Source: Horticoccus luteus (GTDB taxonomy: Bacteria; Verrucomicrobiota; Verrucomicrobiia; Opitutales; Opitutaceae). From it: a stretch of 32,000 nt of DNA. This document shows positions 9,886 to 18,668 of the stretch, in pieces. Under the pieces are notes generated by a model that made no database searches, was not told where the DNA came from, and saw nothing but the letters and a program-made list of their open reading frames with translations. The position numbers were made by a program, and so were the translations under genes. Location of the stretch: positions 1,110,001 to 1,142,000 of the forward strand of contig NZ_CP080507.1 in NCBI RefSeq assembly GCF_019464535.1. Direction: 5' to 3'. How positions within the stretch are numbered: position 1 is the first letter of the stretch; each line of letters starts with the position of its first letter.

Positions 9886-11076
9886 TCAAGGCTTCGTGGC
9901 ACCGGTGGGCGTCGGCGCGGGCGGCGGCGTTTTGCCGGCGGGTGCGGAAGCCGGCGTGGGCGGCGGAGCGTTTTCGAAAAGATCGGCGGGCGAGTTCGGC
10001 AGCGAAGTAAAGGCGTAGTCGTAAATCTTAAACGCACGTTTCTTCATCAGTTCGTTGATCGGCGCCGCGGAGTCGCTGCTCATCACGCGGACGAAAACCG
10101 GCCCGGCGGGAGTCGTTTCGAATTCGGGTTCGACCTTGGGCGCAGGCTGCGCGGATTTGCCGTCAGCGGCCTCGCCCCCTTTGGCCACGTCTTTCGACGT
10201 GCCGAGTGAAGCCACGCCGCCTTTTTCCGGGGCGGGCGGCTTCAGCTTTTTTTCCTCAGGCGTGCGGGCAAACGTCACGGTGAGCGTTTGGCCATCGAAG
10301 GTTTTGAGAGTGACGCTGCGGGTATGTTTCTCGGCGGCTTGAGCGGCGGCATCGTCCGGCGCGGTAGTGTCGGAGAAATGCAAGCCGGTCACGCTGCCGA
10401 GCAAGGAAGTGAGTTTGGCGCCATTGAGCTGACGGCCTGCGGGTGGGTTATCCGCGTGGAACGCCTCGCCCTTTTTTGCACGCAAGGCGTGGACCGAGGC
10501 GCCATCGGAGAAGGTGAGTCCCACGCTGGCCACGTCTTCGGGTTTCACCTGCACCAGAGTCGTGTCGGCCCAGTTTTTCGAATCAGTATCGATCCAGCCG
10601 TTGAAGTCAGCGAGGTAGGCTTTCTGTTCGTTGTCGAAGCGAACGTAGCGTCCACCGGCGTCGGCCGTCTTGCCGAGATCGAGGCTCCATTCCGGTTTGT
10701 TGCTGGCGTCGAGCAAACTGATTTGGGTGCCCTTGAAGTCGAGGCGCGCAAGGCGGTCGGGGCGGGTGGTGACGAGGCGCTGGAATTTCGCGTTGCTGAG
10801 TTCGCCGACGAATTGGCTGATCTTGGAAAAGTCGGCGGGGAAATCGTAATAACTGGCGACGCGCCAGGTGGCATCGGGCTGGCGGGCGAGAAGCACGGTT
10901 TTGCCGTTGTCGGTGAGCCGGAGTCGCGCGGCTTTTTCGAGCGCGGCATTGTCGACCAGCGACTGGCCGATGCGCGGATCGACACCGGTCGGAGCGGCGG
11001 GCCGCCGCAGCCAATAAACGGCACCCGAAACCAGGAGGAGGAGGCCGACGACAAGAACGAGGGTGCGCAACTTCAT
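9886..11076 (-). CDS. DUF4340-like membrane-anchored protein, last gene of the ABC/GldG-like operon
   Basis: N-terminal TM anchor (MKLRTLVLVVGLLLLVSGAVYW), a beta-rich body and a Pro/Ala-rich tail. Its position right after a GldG-like gene is the usual DUF4340 context. The ATG at 11076 is preferred to the TTG at 11082. Confidence 0.65.
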   Translation of the reverse strand: MKLRTLVLVVGLLLLVSGAVYWLRRPAAPTGVDPRIGQSLVDNAALEKAARLRLTDNGKTVLLARQPDATWRVASYYDFPADFSKISQFVGELSNAKFQRLVTTRPDRLARLDFKGTQISLLDASNKPEWSLDLGKTADAGGRYVRFDNEQKAYLADFNGWIDTDSKNWADTTLVQVKPEDVASVGLTFSDGASVHALRAKKGEAFHADNPPAGRQLNGAKLTSLLGSVTGLHFSDTTAPDDAAAQAAEKHTRSVTLKTFDGQTLTVTFARTPEEKKLKPPAPEKGGVASLGTSKDVAKGGEAADGKSAQPAPKVEPEFETTPAGPVFVRVMSSDSAAPINELMKKRAFKIYDYAFTSLPNSPADLFENAPPPTPASAPAGKTPPPAPTPTGATKP

Positions 11077-11108
11077 GAGCAAGAAAGGAGAGGGCCGGTC
11101 GCGGAAGG

Positions 11109-13007
11109 TCAGCGGCGGCGGTGACGATAAAACCAGATGCCGAAGAGGCCGACGAGGAGGGGCGAGGCGAGGAGGTTGATAATGAGGAGGCGATTGCCGA
11201 GCGACTCGATGCCTTCACGCAAGGCGGCGCGAATCTGCCGGCGTTCGCCGCGAATGGCGGCCTGCTGCTGGCGGAAATCGTCGATGGCTTTGGCGATTTC
11301 GGGGGTGGCGACGAGGCGGTTGCCTTCGTTTTTCTTGCCCTGCAGCTCCGTGAGCTTCGCTTGCACTTGCGAGAGGCGGGTGTCGAGTTCGGTGAGCTTC
11401 TCTTTGTATTTTTGCTGGGCCTGGACTTCCATCGCTTTCACGACAGTGAACGGTCGCAACGAGGTGCCTTTTCCGCGGATGGAGATCAGGTCCTCCGAAC
11501 CGCCGAGGAACTCGACGGTGTTGGCGGCGAAGGCGAGATTGTCGTTCAAGGGTTGCGCGGCGGTCTGACCGAAGAGGTTGTATTTACGAACGCTGTAGTC
11601 GTCGAAGAGCCAGTCGGTGTCGGCGACGACGAAGAGCGTCGAGGTGCCTTTCGATTCCTTGAGGGCGGGCGTCGGGTGCGCGTGATCGGCGGATTCGGTG
11701 TCTTTCTTTTCGCCGGGTTTGGCGGGCTCATCTTTCGGGGCGCCGTCGGGGAAGGCGGTGGTGAACTTGCCGGTGACGAGCGCGGCGATGGTCTTTTTGC
11801 CCGTGGGCGTGATTTGTTTCGCAATCTCGTCGGGCTGCGCGAACTGCAAGGCCGCCGCGGCGACATCGCCGGCTTGGGGCGAGGTTTGCACCAGGGGGGT
11901 GAATGTGGTCGCGCTGCCTGGTTGGGCGGAGAGCGAGCCGGCTTCGATGAACATCGCGGAGTTGAGCTGGGCGGTGGGCAGCGCCTTCGCGTTGAAGTCG
12001 TCTTTTGTGAGACTCAGCCAGATCGGGTAGCGCGTGAGGGCGCCGTTGGCGGTCTGCACTTGCGTGGCCTTTTCCAGATCGCCGACCACCTTGGTCGGGT
12101 CGTAGTGGATGCCGTAAGCGGAGAGTAATTTCGGCAGATCGCTGGAGACGTTGGGTTGCGGCCCGCCATACATCGCCTGCTGGCCGCCCTGGCGTTTGAA
12201 GTATTGCGACGACGGATCGACGGCGAGGAAGACGGGTTTGCCGCCGAGGAGGAACTGATCGATGGCGAACTGAAGTTTCGGCGTGAGATTTTCCGGGTGC
12301 ACGACGGCGAGGACATCGAGGCCGGCGGGCAACTCGGTGGCGGTCGCTTCGACGGGCACGATGTTAAAGGTGTCGCTCCACTCCTCGATGACGAACTGGC
12401 CCGGTTGCGGCTGGCGGTGCATCATCGCCATCATCTGCATTTCCTGCGGGCTGGTGCCCTGCAACGGAAGGCTGGTGATCAGGCCGAGCTTCGGCTTGTC
12501 GATGAGTTGCACGCTGTAAACGAGCTTCGACAAATCGTATTCGAGAAACTGTTCCCGGTTGGGGTCGAAGTTGGGAATGGTCTTTTGCTGGTCCGCTTGG
12601 GTGACCACGAGGCCGAAGTAGAACGGTTCACCACCTTGTCGCGACACCTGCGGCTGCAGACCGGCGGCGGTGGCCTTTTCCTCGGCGGGCGTATCCGGCT
12701 TCGGGTTGATGATGTTGAGGGTGAGCTTGCCGTGGGAGGCGCGCACGTATTGGCGCAGCATCTCCCGCACGCGGGCGGCATAGTTTTTATAAGCGATGGG
12801 CAGGCCGCTGGCGTCTTTGGAAAAATATAAATCGAGCGTGATCGGGTCTTCGATTTTCCCCAGCATCGTCTTGGTGCCGGGGGAGAGCGAATAGATCGAG
12901 TCGGCGGTGGCGTCGAGGCGCGCCGGAATGGACGACGCGAGGTAATCGACGAGCACGAGCGCGACGAGCAGGAGGAGAATGGCGGCCGTTTTGGTTCCGA
13001 ATTTCAT
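11109..13007 (-). CDS. GldG-like auxiliary component of an ABC-type transport system
   Basis: 632 aa with an N-terminal TM helix, a large extracytoplasmic domain, a coiled-coil segment (..LTELDTRLSQVQAKLTELQGKK..) and a C-terminal TM helix. This architecture is typical of the GldG/ABC_transp_aux family. Confidence 0.8.
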   Translation of the reverse strand: MKFGTKTAAILLLLVALVLVDYLASSIPARLDATADSIYSLSPGTKTMLGKIEDPITLDLYFSKDASGLPIAYKNYAARVREMLRQYVRASHGKLTLNIINPKPDTPAEEKATAAGLQPQVSRQGGEPFYFGLVVTQADQQKTIPNFDPNREQFLEYDLSKLVYSVQLIDKPKLGLITSLPLQGTSPQEMQMMAMMHRQPQPGQFVIEEWSDTFNIVPVEATATELPAGLDVLAVVHPENLTPKLQFAIDQFLLGGKPVFLAVDPSSQYFKRQGGQQAMYGGPQPNVSSDLPKLLSAYGIHYDPTKVVGDLEKATQVQTANGALTRYPIWLSLTKDDFNAKALPTAQLNSAMFIEAGSLSAQPGSATTFTPLVQTSPQAGDVAAAALQFAQPDEIAKQITPTGKKTIAALVTGKFTTAFPDGAPKDEPAKPGEKKDTESADHAHPTPALKESKGTSTLFVVADTDWLFDDYSVRKYNLFGQTAAQPLNDNLAFAANTVEFLGGSEDLISIRGKGTSLRPFTVVKAMEVQAQQKYKEKLTELDTRLSQVQAKLTELQGKKNEGNRLVATPEIAKAIDDFRQQQAAIRGERRQIRAALREGIESLGNRLLIINLLASPLLVGLFGIWFYRHRRR

Positions 13008-13018
13008 GGCGGGCGCGT

Positions 13019-13744
13019 TTAGCGTTCGAGCGCGACGACGTTGAGAAACAGGGTGAAGCCGATCAGCGAGAGAAAGAAGACGAGGTCTTTCGGATCGATG
13101 ATGCCCTTCGTGAAGGCTTCGAAGTGGGTGATGAAACTGAAGTTGGCGAGGACGTCAGCCACGCTGACCGGGAACCATTTTTCCAACGTGTCGGTGAAAC
13201 CGCTGTAGCCGAGGAAAACGAGAATCGCGCAGGCGCCGACGCTGGCCACGAAACTCACGACTTGGTTCTTCGTGAGAGCCGAAGTCAGGGTGCAGACCCC
13301 GAGATAGCCGCCGGCGAGCAAGATGGCGCCGAGATAGCTGGTGAGAAGCACGCCCCAATCCGGGTCGCCCAGATAGGCGACCGTGATCGCCATCGGAAAA
13401 CTCAAGAGCACCGCGAGTGAAAGAAAGGCCCACGCGGCGAGAAATTTTCCGAGCACGGCGTCGAGCGTCGTGATCGGCAAAGTGAAGAGCAGTTCGAGGG
13501 TGCCGGAGCGCTTCTCCTCCGACCAGAGGCGCATCCCGGCGGCCGGCACCAGGAAGAGGAACAGCCACGGGAAAAACATGAAGTAGCGGTCGAGACTCGC
13601 GACGCCGGATTCGAAGAACCCGCCGAAGCGCGAGAACGCGAGCGCGACGGAGAAGAACAGAAAGCCGATGAGAAACACATACGCGACGGGCGAGCGGAAA
13701 TAGCCGAGGAACTCGCGTTTGAAGACGGGACAGACTTGTTTCAT
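13019..13744 (-). CDS. ABC-2 type transporter permease (GldF-like)
   Basis: 241 aa with six hydrophobic helices; N-terminus MKQVCPVFKREFLGYFRSPVAYVFL is typical of ABC-2 permeases; 21 nt after the ATPase gene. Confidence 0.85.
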   Translation of the reverse strand: MKQVCPVFKREFLGYFRSPVAYVFLIGFLFFSVALAFSRFGGFFESGVASLDRYFMFFPWLFLFLVPAAGMRLWSEEKRSGTLELLFTLPITTLDAVLGKFLAAWAFLSLAVLLSFPMAITVAYLGDPDWGVLLTSYLGAILLAGGYLGVCTLTSALTKNQVVSFVASVGACAILVFLGYSGFTDTLEKWFPVSVADVLANFSFITHFEAFTKGIIDPKDLVFFLSLIGFTLFLNVVALER

Positions 13745-13765
13745 GAGCGAAGCTTGGTCGGGGGC

Positions 13766-14488
13766 TCAGAGATCGCTGCGCGTGAGCTCGTAGAAGATTT
13801 CGTCGAGGCGCGCGCCCGGCTGGCGGGCCTGGAACTGCGCGGGCGTTTCGTCGATCACGAGTTGGCCGCGGGAAATAATGATCACGCGCGTGCAGATCGC
13901 CTCCACCTCCTCGAGGATGTGCGTGGAGAGGATGACCGCCTTTTCGGTGGCCATGTTTTTGATCAGCGCGCGCACTTCGTTTTTCTGATTGGGGTCGAGA
14001 CCATCCGTCGGCTCATCGAGCACGAGCACGGAGGGATCGTGGAGGAGCGCCTGGGCAAACCCCACGCGTTGCTTGTAGCCTTTTGAGAGCGTTTCGATCG
14101 TTTGTGTGCGCACGCTTTCAAGGTGCGTGAGGCCGATGGCGCGGTTGACGACGGCGAGCCGCTCGGGGCGGCGGCGGAAGCCGCGCGCTTCGGCGATGAA
14201 GCTGAGGAATTCCTCGGCGGTCATTTCACCGTAGGCGGGCGCGCTCTCGGGCAGGTAGCCGATGGTGCGCTTGACGGCGAGGGGCTCGCGGGTGACGTCG
14301 TGACCGTCGACGACGGCGGTGCCGGCGTCGGGCCGGAGGAAGCCGGTGATCATTTTCATCGTCGTCGACTTGCCGGCACCATTGGGGCCGAGGAAGCCGA
14401 GGATCTCACCGCGGTTCACTCGAAACGACACGCCGTCGACAGCGCGTTTGGAACCGTAGGTTTTCACCAGGCCTTGAACTTCGATCAT
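13766..14488 (-). CDS. ABC transporter ATP-binding protein (GldA-like)
   Basis: Walker A GPNGAGKST, signature LSKGYKQR, Walker B LVLDEPTDGLD. Confidence 0.95.
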   Translation of the reverse strand: MIEVQGLVKTYGSKRAVDGVSFRVNRGEILGFLGPNGAGKSTTMKMITGFLRPDAGTAVVDGHDVTREPLAVKRTIGYLPESAPAYGEMTAEEFLSFIAEARGFRRRPERLAVVNRAIGLTHLESVRTQTIETLSKGYKQRVGFAQALLHDPSVLVLDEPTDGLDPNQKNEVRALIKNMATEKAVILSTHILEEVEAICTRVIIISRGQLVIDETPAQFQARQPGARLDEIFYELTRSDL

Positions 14489-14573
14489 GGGGCGGAGGAA
14501 TAAAATCGGCTGAGAAATGCAGCGGGCCAGAGTGTTCCGTGTATTTCGAGGCGCGAAAGAGGGCGTAAAATTT

Positions 14574-14626
14574 CTTTGCCGTTTCGTTTCAAGGATAATC
14601 CTCGCGATTGCGAAACGTTGGCAAAG
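14574..14626 (-). terminator. Long imperfect hairpin 18 nt downstream of rlmN; possible terminator or regulatory structure ahead of the ABC operon
   Basis: CTTTGCCGTTTCG (14574-14586) pairs with CGAAAC-GTT-GGCAAAG (14611-14626): 13 bp with a 3-nt bulge. An inner AGGAT/ATCCT hairpin sits in the loop. On the minus strand it is followed by GAAATTTTA. Confidence 0.4.
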
Positions 14627-14644
14627 CGCCGGGGCGGGGACAGG

Positions 14645-15766
14645 CTACGGGAGAGGCGCGGCGACGGCGCGGTCTTTCTCTGTTTTCAAACGCAACTGGC
14701 CGCAGGCGGCGTCGATGTCGTGGCCCTTTTCGCGGCGCAGGGTGACGGAGATGCGCGCATCGCGCAGGATATCGGCGAAGCGTTCCTGGCGGGTGAGCGA
14801 GGGGCGCTTCCACGGCAGGCCTTCGACGGTGTTGTAAGGAATGAGGTTCACGTGGGCGTGGAGGTCGCGCGCGATGTCCCGCAGTTTTTCCGCCTGCACG
14901 AGGGAGTCGTTGACGTCCTCGATGAGGATGAACTCGAGCGTGATCATGCGCCCGTGCTGGAGGGAGAACTCGCGCACGGCGGGGAGGAGTTTCGCGAGGG
15001 GAAACGCCTTGTTCACCGGCATGATTTTCTCCCGCACTTCATCGGTGGCGCCATGGAGGGAGATGGCGAGGCGGAAGCCGAGCGGCTCTTGCGCGAGCTT
15101 GAGAATCTTGGGGACGAGGCCGCTGGTGGAAACAGTGATGCGGCGGGCGCCGAATCCGAGGCCCCATTCGGCATTGAGGATCGTGAGGGCGCGGATGAGG
15201 TTGTCGTAGTTGGCGAGGGGTTCGCCCATGCCCATGACGACGATGTTGTCGAACGAGGCGAGTTCGGCGCGGGCGCGGGGCGTGCGGGCGTCTTCGCGGC
15301 GGCAGACATGCAGCAACTGGGCGACGATCTCACCCGCGTTAAGATCACGTTTCAGCCCGGCAAGGCCGCTCGCGCAGAATACACAGGCCATCGCGCACCC
15401 GACTTGGGTGGAAATGCAGATCGTCTTGCGCGAGTGGTCGACGCCGACGCCTTCCTGCGGTGCGCGGATGATGACGGTCTCGATGAGCGAACCGTCGCGC
15501 ATTTCGAGGAGGAGCTTGTCGGTGACGTCGGCGGAATGTTTTTCAATGACGAGCGACGCCGGGACGAGGTCAAAGGTCTCCGCGAGCCACGCCCGAAAGG
15601 GTTTCGGCAGGTTCGTCATCTCATCCCACGAGGTGACGCGTTTTTTATACAGCCACTCCAGGATTTGCTTCGCCCGGAACGCAGGTTCGCCGTGTTCGCG
15701 CAGGCGGGCGGTGAGCGACTCGAGGGTCTCGCCCGTCAGCGGCGTTTTGGCCGGGATGAATTTCAT
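14645..15766 (-). CDS. rlmN: 23S rRNA/tRNA (adenine-C2)-methyltransferase, radical SAM
   Basis: Radical SAM CxxxCxxC (CAMACVFC), N-terminal ..EPAFRAKQILEWLYKK.., C-terminal ..DIDAACGQL.. with the conserved Cys. Confidence 0.95.
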   Translation of the reverse strand: MKFIPAKTPLTGETLESLTARLREHGEPAFRAKQILEWLYKKRVTSWDEMTNLPKPFRAWLAETFDLVPASLVIEKHSADVTDKLLLEMRDGSLIETVIIRAPQEGVGVDHSRKTICISTQVGCAMACVFCASGLAGLKRDLNAGEIVAQLLHVCRREDARTPRARAELASFDNIVVMGMGEPLANYDNLIRALTILNAEWGLGFGARRITVSTSGLVPKILKLAQEPLGFRLAISLHGATDEVREKIMPVNKAFPLAKLLPAVREFSLQHGRMITLEFILIEDVNDSLVQAEKLRDIARDLHAHVNLIPYNTVEGLPWKRPSLTRQERFADILRDARISVTLRREKGHDIDAACGQLRLKTEKDRAVAAPLP

Positions 15767-15823
15767 GGACGGTCAGGGTAGCCGCCGGCGGCGCGGGGCG
15801 CAACCGGCGGCAGGAGGGCGCAA

Positions 15824-17494
15824 TCAGGATTTGGAGGCGAGCGTGCGGTTGAGCGCGCTGACGAGGGCTTTGAGGGGCGCGCGTTCGATGTTTTCGTCGA
15901 TGCCGGCGCCGAAGCAGTTGCGGCCGTCGGCCGTTTTTACTTCGACGTAGGAAACGGCGCGCGACTCTTCGCCCTGTTCGAGCGAGTGCTGCGTGTAGCT
16001 GAGGAGTTTGAAGGGCGGCAGGTCGGCGGTGCCGAGGGCGTGTACGAAGGCGGCGACCGGGCCGTTGCCGACGCCGCTGATGAGACGGCGTTCGCCATTC
16101 CAGAACAGTTCGGCCTGGCAAGTGACTTCGTGACCGCGCGCGAGAGCGAGGAATTCGCCCAAGGCGAGAGGCGCGGCGCGGCGGATGTATTCGTCGAGAA
16201 AGGCTTCGTGAATCTGCTCGGGAGTGAGCTCGGTCTTCAGGTTGTCGGCGAGGTCGTTGACGAGTTTGCCGATCTCCTTGTGCATCGCCTTGGGGAGCAC
16301 GAGACCGAATTCCTTTTCGAGAATGTAGGCGACGCCTCCTTTGCCGGACTGGGAATTGATGCGGATGATGGCCTTGTAACTCCGGCCGATGTCGGCGGGG
16401 TCGAGCGGAATATAGAGCACGTCCCACGGGGCGTCGGGTTGCTGTTTTTCCCAGGACTTCTTGATGGCGTCCTGGTGGGAGCCGCTGAAGGCGGTGAAGA
16501 CGAGTTCTCCGGCGTAGGGCTGGCGGGCGGGAACGTCCATGCGCGTGCACCGTTCGTAGGTTTCGCGAATGTGATTGAGGTCGCTGAAGTCGAGGCCGGG
16601 ATCGATGCCGTGGGTCAAGAGATTGAGGGCGACGATCACGATATCGAGGTTGCCGGTGCGTTCGCCGTTGCCGAAGAGCGTGCCTTCGACGCGGTCGGCG
16701 CCGGCGAGCAAGGCGAGCTCCGTGGCGGCGACGCCGGTGCCGCGGTCGTTGTGCGTATGGAGCGAAACGACCGTGAGATCGCGCCGCGTGAGGTGCGTGC
16801 ACATCCATTCGATCTGGTCGGCGTGCACGTTGGGCGTGGCATACTCGACGGTGGCGGGAAGATTGAGGATGATCTTATTCTCCGCGCTGGGCTGCCAGAC
16901 GTCGGTCACCGCCTCGCAGATTTCCAGCGAAAAATCCAACTCGGTGCTGGTGAAGCTCTCGGGCGAATACTCCAAGCGCACGCGCGTGCCGGCGGCGATG
17001 AGCGGGCGGGCATGCTCCTTCAAAAAGGCGACGGCGTGCGTGGCGATTTTGACGATGTCGGCGCGTTCCGCGTTGAACACGTAGCGGCGCTGCGCGGGCG
17101 ACGTGGAGTTGTAGAGGTGGAAAATGACGTTCTTGGCGCCTTGGAGGGCTTCGAGGCTCCGTGTGATCAAGTCCTCCCGGCACTGGCAGAGGATCTGGAT
17201 GGAGACGTCCGCCGGAATCCGATTCTCGTCGATCAGCCGGCGGATGAAATCGAACTCAATTTGCGAGGCCGAAGGAAAGCCGACTTCGATTTCCTTGAAC
17301 CCGATCGCCACCAGCAACTCGAAGAACTCGATTTTTTCCGCCACGTTCATCGGCTGGGCGAGGGCTTGGTTGCCGTCGCGGAGATCCACACTGCACCAGG
17401 TCGGCGCACGCTCGAGCGTGCGGTTGGGCCATTGCCGCTCGGGCAGGTTGACGGAGGGGAACGGGCGATACTTGGAAACGGGGGAAGACTTCAT
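15824..17494 (-). CDS. leuA: 2-isopropylmalate synthase, long (LeuA type 2, actinobacterial-like) form
   Basis: N-terminus ..KYRPFPSVNLPERQWPNRTLERAPTWCSVDLRDGNQAL.., metal site HTHNDRGTG, C-terminal regulatory domain; 556 aa. Confidence 0.95.
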   Translation of the reverse strand: MKSSPVSKYRPFPSVNLPERQWPNRTLERAPTWCSVDLRDGNQALAQPMNVAEKIEFFELLVAIGFKEIEVGFPSASQIEFDFIRRLIDENRIPADVSIQILCQCREDLITRSLEALQGAKNVIFHLYNSTSPAQRRYVFNAERADIVKIATHAVAFLKEHARPLIAAGTRVRLEYSPESFTSTELDFSLEICEAVTDVWQPSAENKIILNLPATVEYATPNVHADQIEWMCTHLTRRDLTVVSLHTHNDRGTGVAATELALLAGADRVEGTLFGNGERTGNLDIVIVALNLLTHGIDPGLDFSDLNHIRETYERCTRMDVPARQPYAGELVFTAFSGSHQDAIKKSWEKQQPDAPWDVLYIPLDPADIGRSYKAIIRINSQSGKGGVAYILEKEFGLVLPKAMHKEIGKLVNDLADNLKTELTPEQIHEAFLDEYIRRAAPLALGEFLALARGHEVTCQAELFWNGERRLISGVGNGPVAAFVHALGTADLPPFKLLSYTQHSLEQGEESRAVSYVEVKTADGRNCFGAGIDENIERAPLKALVSALNRTLASKS

Positions 17495-17705
17495 GGACGA
17501 GGAGAAATTGACGTGAAACAGCGGGAAGGGAAACTACCAAACGCCGCCGGAACCGGCGGCGGAAAAACGGACTGGGACACGCACGACCAGCCGCTACGCG
17601 GCATCGCGATCGTGCGTTCAAGTAAGTCGAAGTCCTGCGTCCTGAAAAGACATGAATTGGCCGCACAAAGCGCGTGCACGCGGCCGGTGTCAAGCGCGCC
17701 GTCCC

Positions 17706-17731
17706 TGTAACTTGCGAGTGTGCGACTCGTC
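17706..17731 (+). promoter_or_regulatory. Candidate ECF-type promoter (TGTAAC-N16-CGTC) upstream of the ECF sigma gene
   Basis: AAC at 17709-17711, a 16-nt spacer, then CGTC at 17728-17731, 36 nt upstream of the ATG at 17767. This resembles the AAC/CGT architecture of autoregulated ECF promoters. Based on motif only. Confidence 0.35.
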
Positions 17732-17766
17732 TTGCGTGATGTGTATGGACTGCTCTCCATGTCGGC

Positions 17767-18357
17767 ATGGCGGATGAACCACCTTTCGATTTGCCAGGAT
17801 GCCTGGCGAAGGTGCGCCAACGCGACCAGCTCGCGGCCCGCGAATTGGTGGAGCACCTTTATCCGCTGGTCATTCGCATCGTGCGGGCGCATCTGCCCCG
17901 GCGCGTCCCCGAGGAGGATCTCGCGCAGGAGGTGTTCATGAAAATGTTCACCCGCCTCGAGCAATATCAGGGCAACGTGCCATTTCCGCACTGGGTTTCG
18001 CGGATTGCGGTGACGACTTGCATCGACCACCTGCGGGCGCAGAAGCGCCGCCCGGAATTTCGTTGGGCCGATTTGTCGGAAGGCGAGGCCGAGGTGCTGG
18101 ACAACGTGCTCACCGACGACCGCGACGTGCGGCCAGGCGAGGCGCTCGCCACGCAAGAACTGCTCCACAAACTCCTCGACCAGCTCAAACCCGAAGATCG
18201 CCAGGTGATCCAGCTCCTCGATCTGGAACAGAAGACGATCGCGGAAATCAGCCAGCTCACGGGCTGGAATCAACCGCTCGTGAAAGTCCGCGCATTTCGT
18301 GCGCGACGGAAATTGCAAAAACTGTTTCAAACCCTCCAACAAAAGGAACGTGCATGA
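17767..18357 (+). CDS. ECF-family RNA polymerase sigma factor
   Basis: Region 2 (..EDLAQEVFMKMF..PFPHWVSRIAVTTCIDHLRAQKR..) and region 4 HTH (..QKTIAEISQLTGWNQPLVKVRAFRARRKL..); 196 aa. Confidence 0.9.
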   Translation: MADEPPFDLPGCLAKVRQRDQLAARELVEHLYPLVIRIVRAHLPRRVPEEDLAQEVFMKMFTRLEQYQGNVPFPHWVSRIAVTTCIDHLRAQKRRPEFRWADLSEGEAEVLDNVLTDDRDVRPGEALATQELLHKLLDQLKPEDRQVIQLLDLEQKTIAEISQLTGWNQPLVKVRAFRARRKLQKLFQTLQQKERA

Positions 18358-18668
18358 ACCGGCCTGATCCACTCCAGCCTTGGTGGCGCCTGACTGCCGC
18401 GGCCCGTCGGGCGCCCATCGCGCGCGACGAGGCGATGCCGTATGGTTTTGCCACGCGGGTGGTCGCCCGCGCTTTTGCGGACATGCCGGTGGCGTCGACC
18501 TCGTTGTTCACGCAGCTTTCCTGGCGCGCTTTCGGCGTGGCGGCGGCGCTCGCGCTCGGATTTCTCGCGGTCAACTTTCAAAGTCTCACGCAGCAGCAGC
18601 CGATTGAAGACACGGTGCTCAACGCTGATCCGGTGTCCGCCGTGCTCGACCTATCCTCCGGCTCATGA
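18354..18668 (+). CDS. Small single-pass membrane protein, putative anti-sigma factor
   Basis: The ATG at 18354 overlaps the sigma gene stop (ATGA). It has one TM helix (AFGVAAALALGFLAV). No zinc-finger anti-sigma motif is visible, so the call is positional. Confidence 0.5.
   Translation: MNRPDPLQPWWRLTAAARRAPIARDEAMPYGFATRVVARAFADMPVASTSLFTQLSWRAFGVAAALALGFLAVNFQSLTQQQPIEDTVLNADPVSAVLDLSSGS

Noticed and set aside
14576-15781. 401-aa plus-strand ORF opposite rlmN
   Set aside because: A shadow ORF. The minus strand carries the radical-SAM CxxxCxxC motif and the full RlmN layout.
17618-17653. 11-codon mini-ORF (MSFQDAGLRLT) in the leuA leader, considered as a leucine attenuation leader peptide
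   Set aside because: It has only two Leu codons and no Leu run, so it is not convincing as a classical leader peptide.
15986-17710. 574-aa plus-strand ORF opposite leuA
   Set aside because: A shadow ORF with low-complexity translation. LeuA on the minus strand is unambiguous.
17491-18372. 293-aa minus-strand ORF opposite the ECF sigma gene
   Set aside because: It has no recognisable domains, while the plus strand encodes clear sigma regions 2 and 4.
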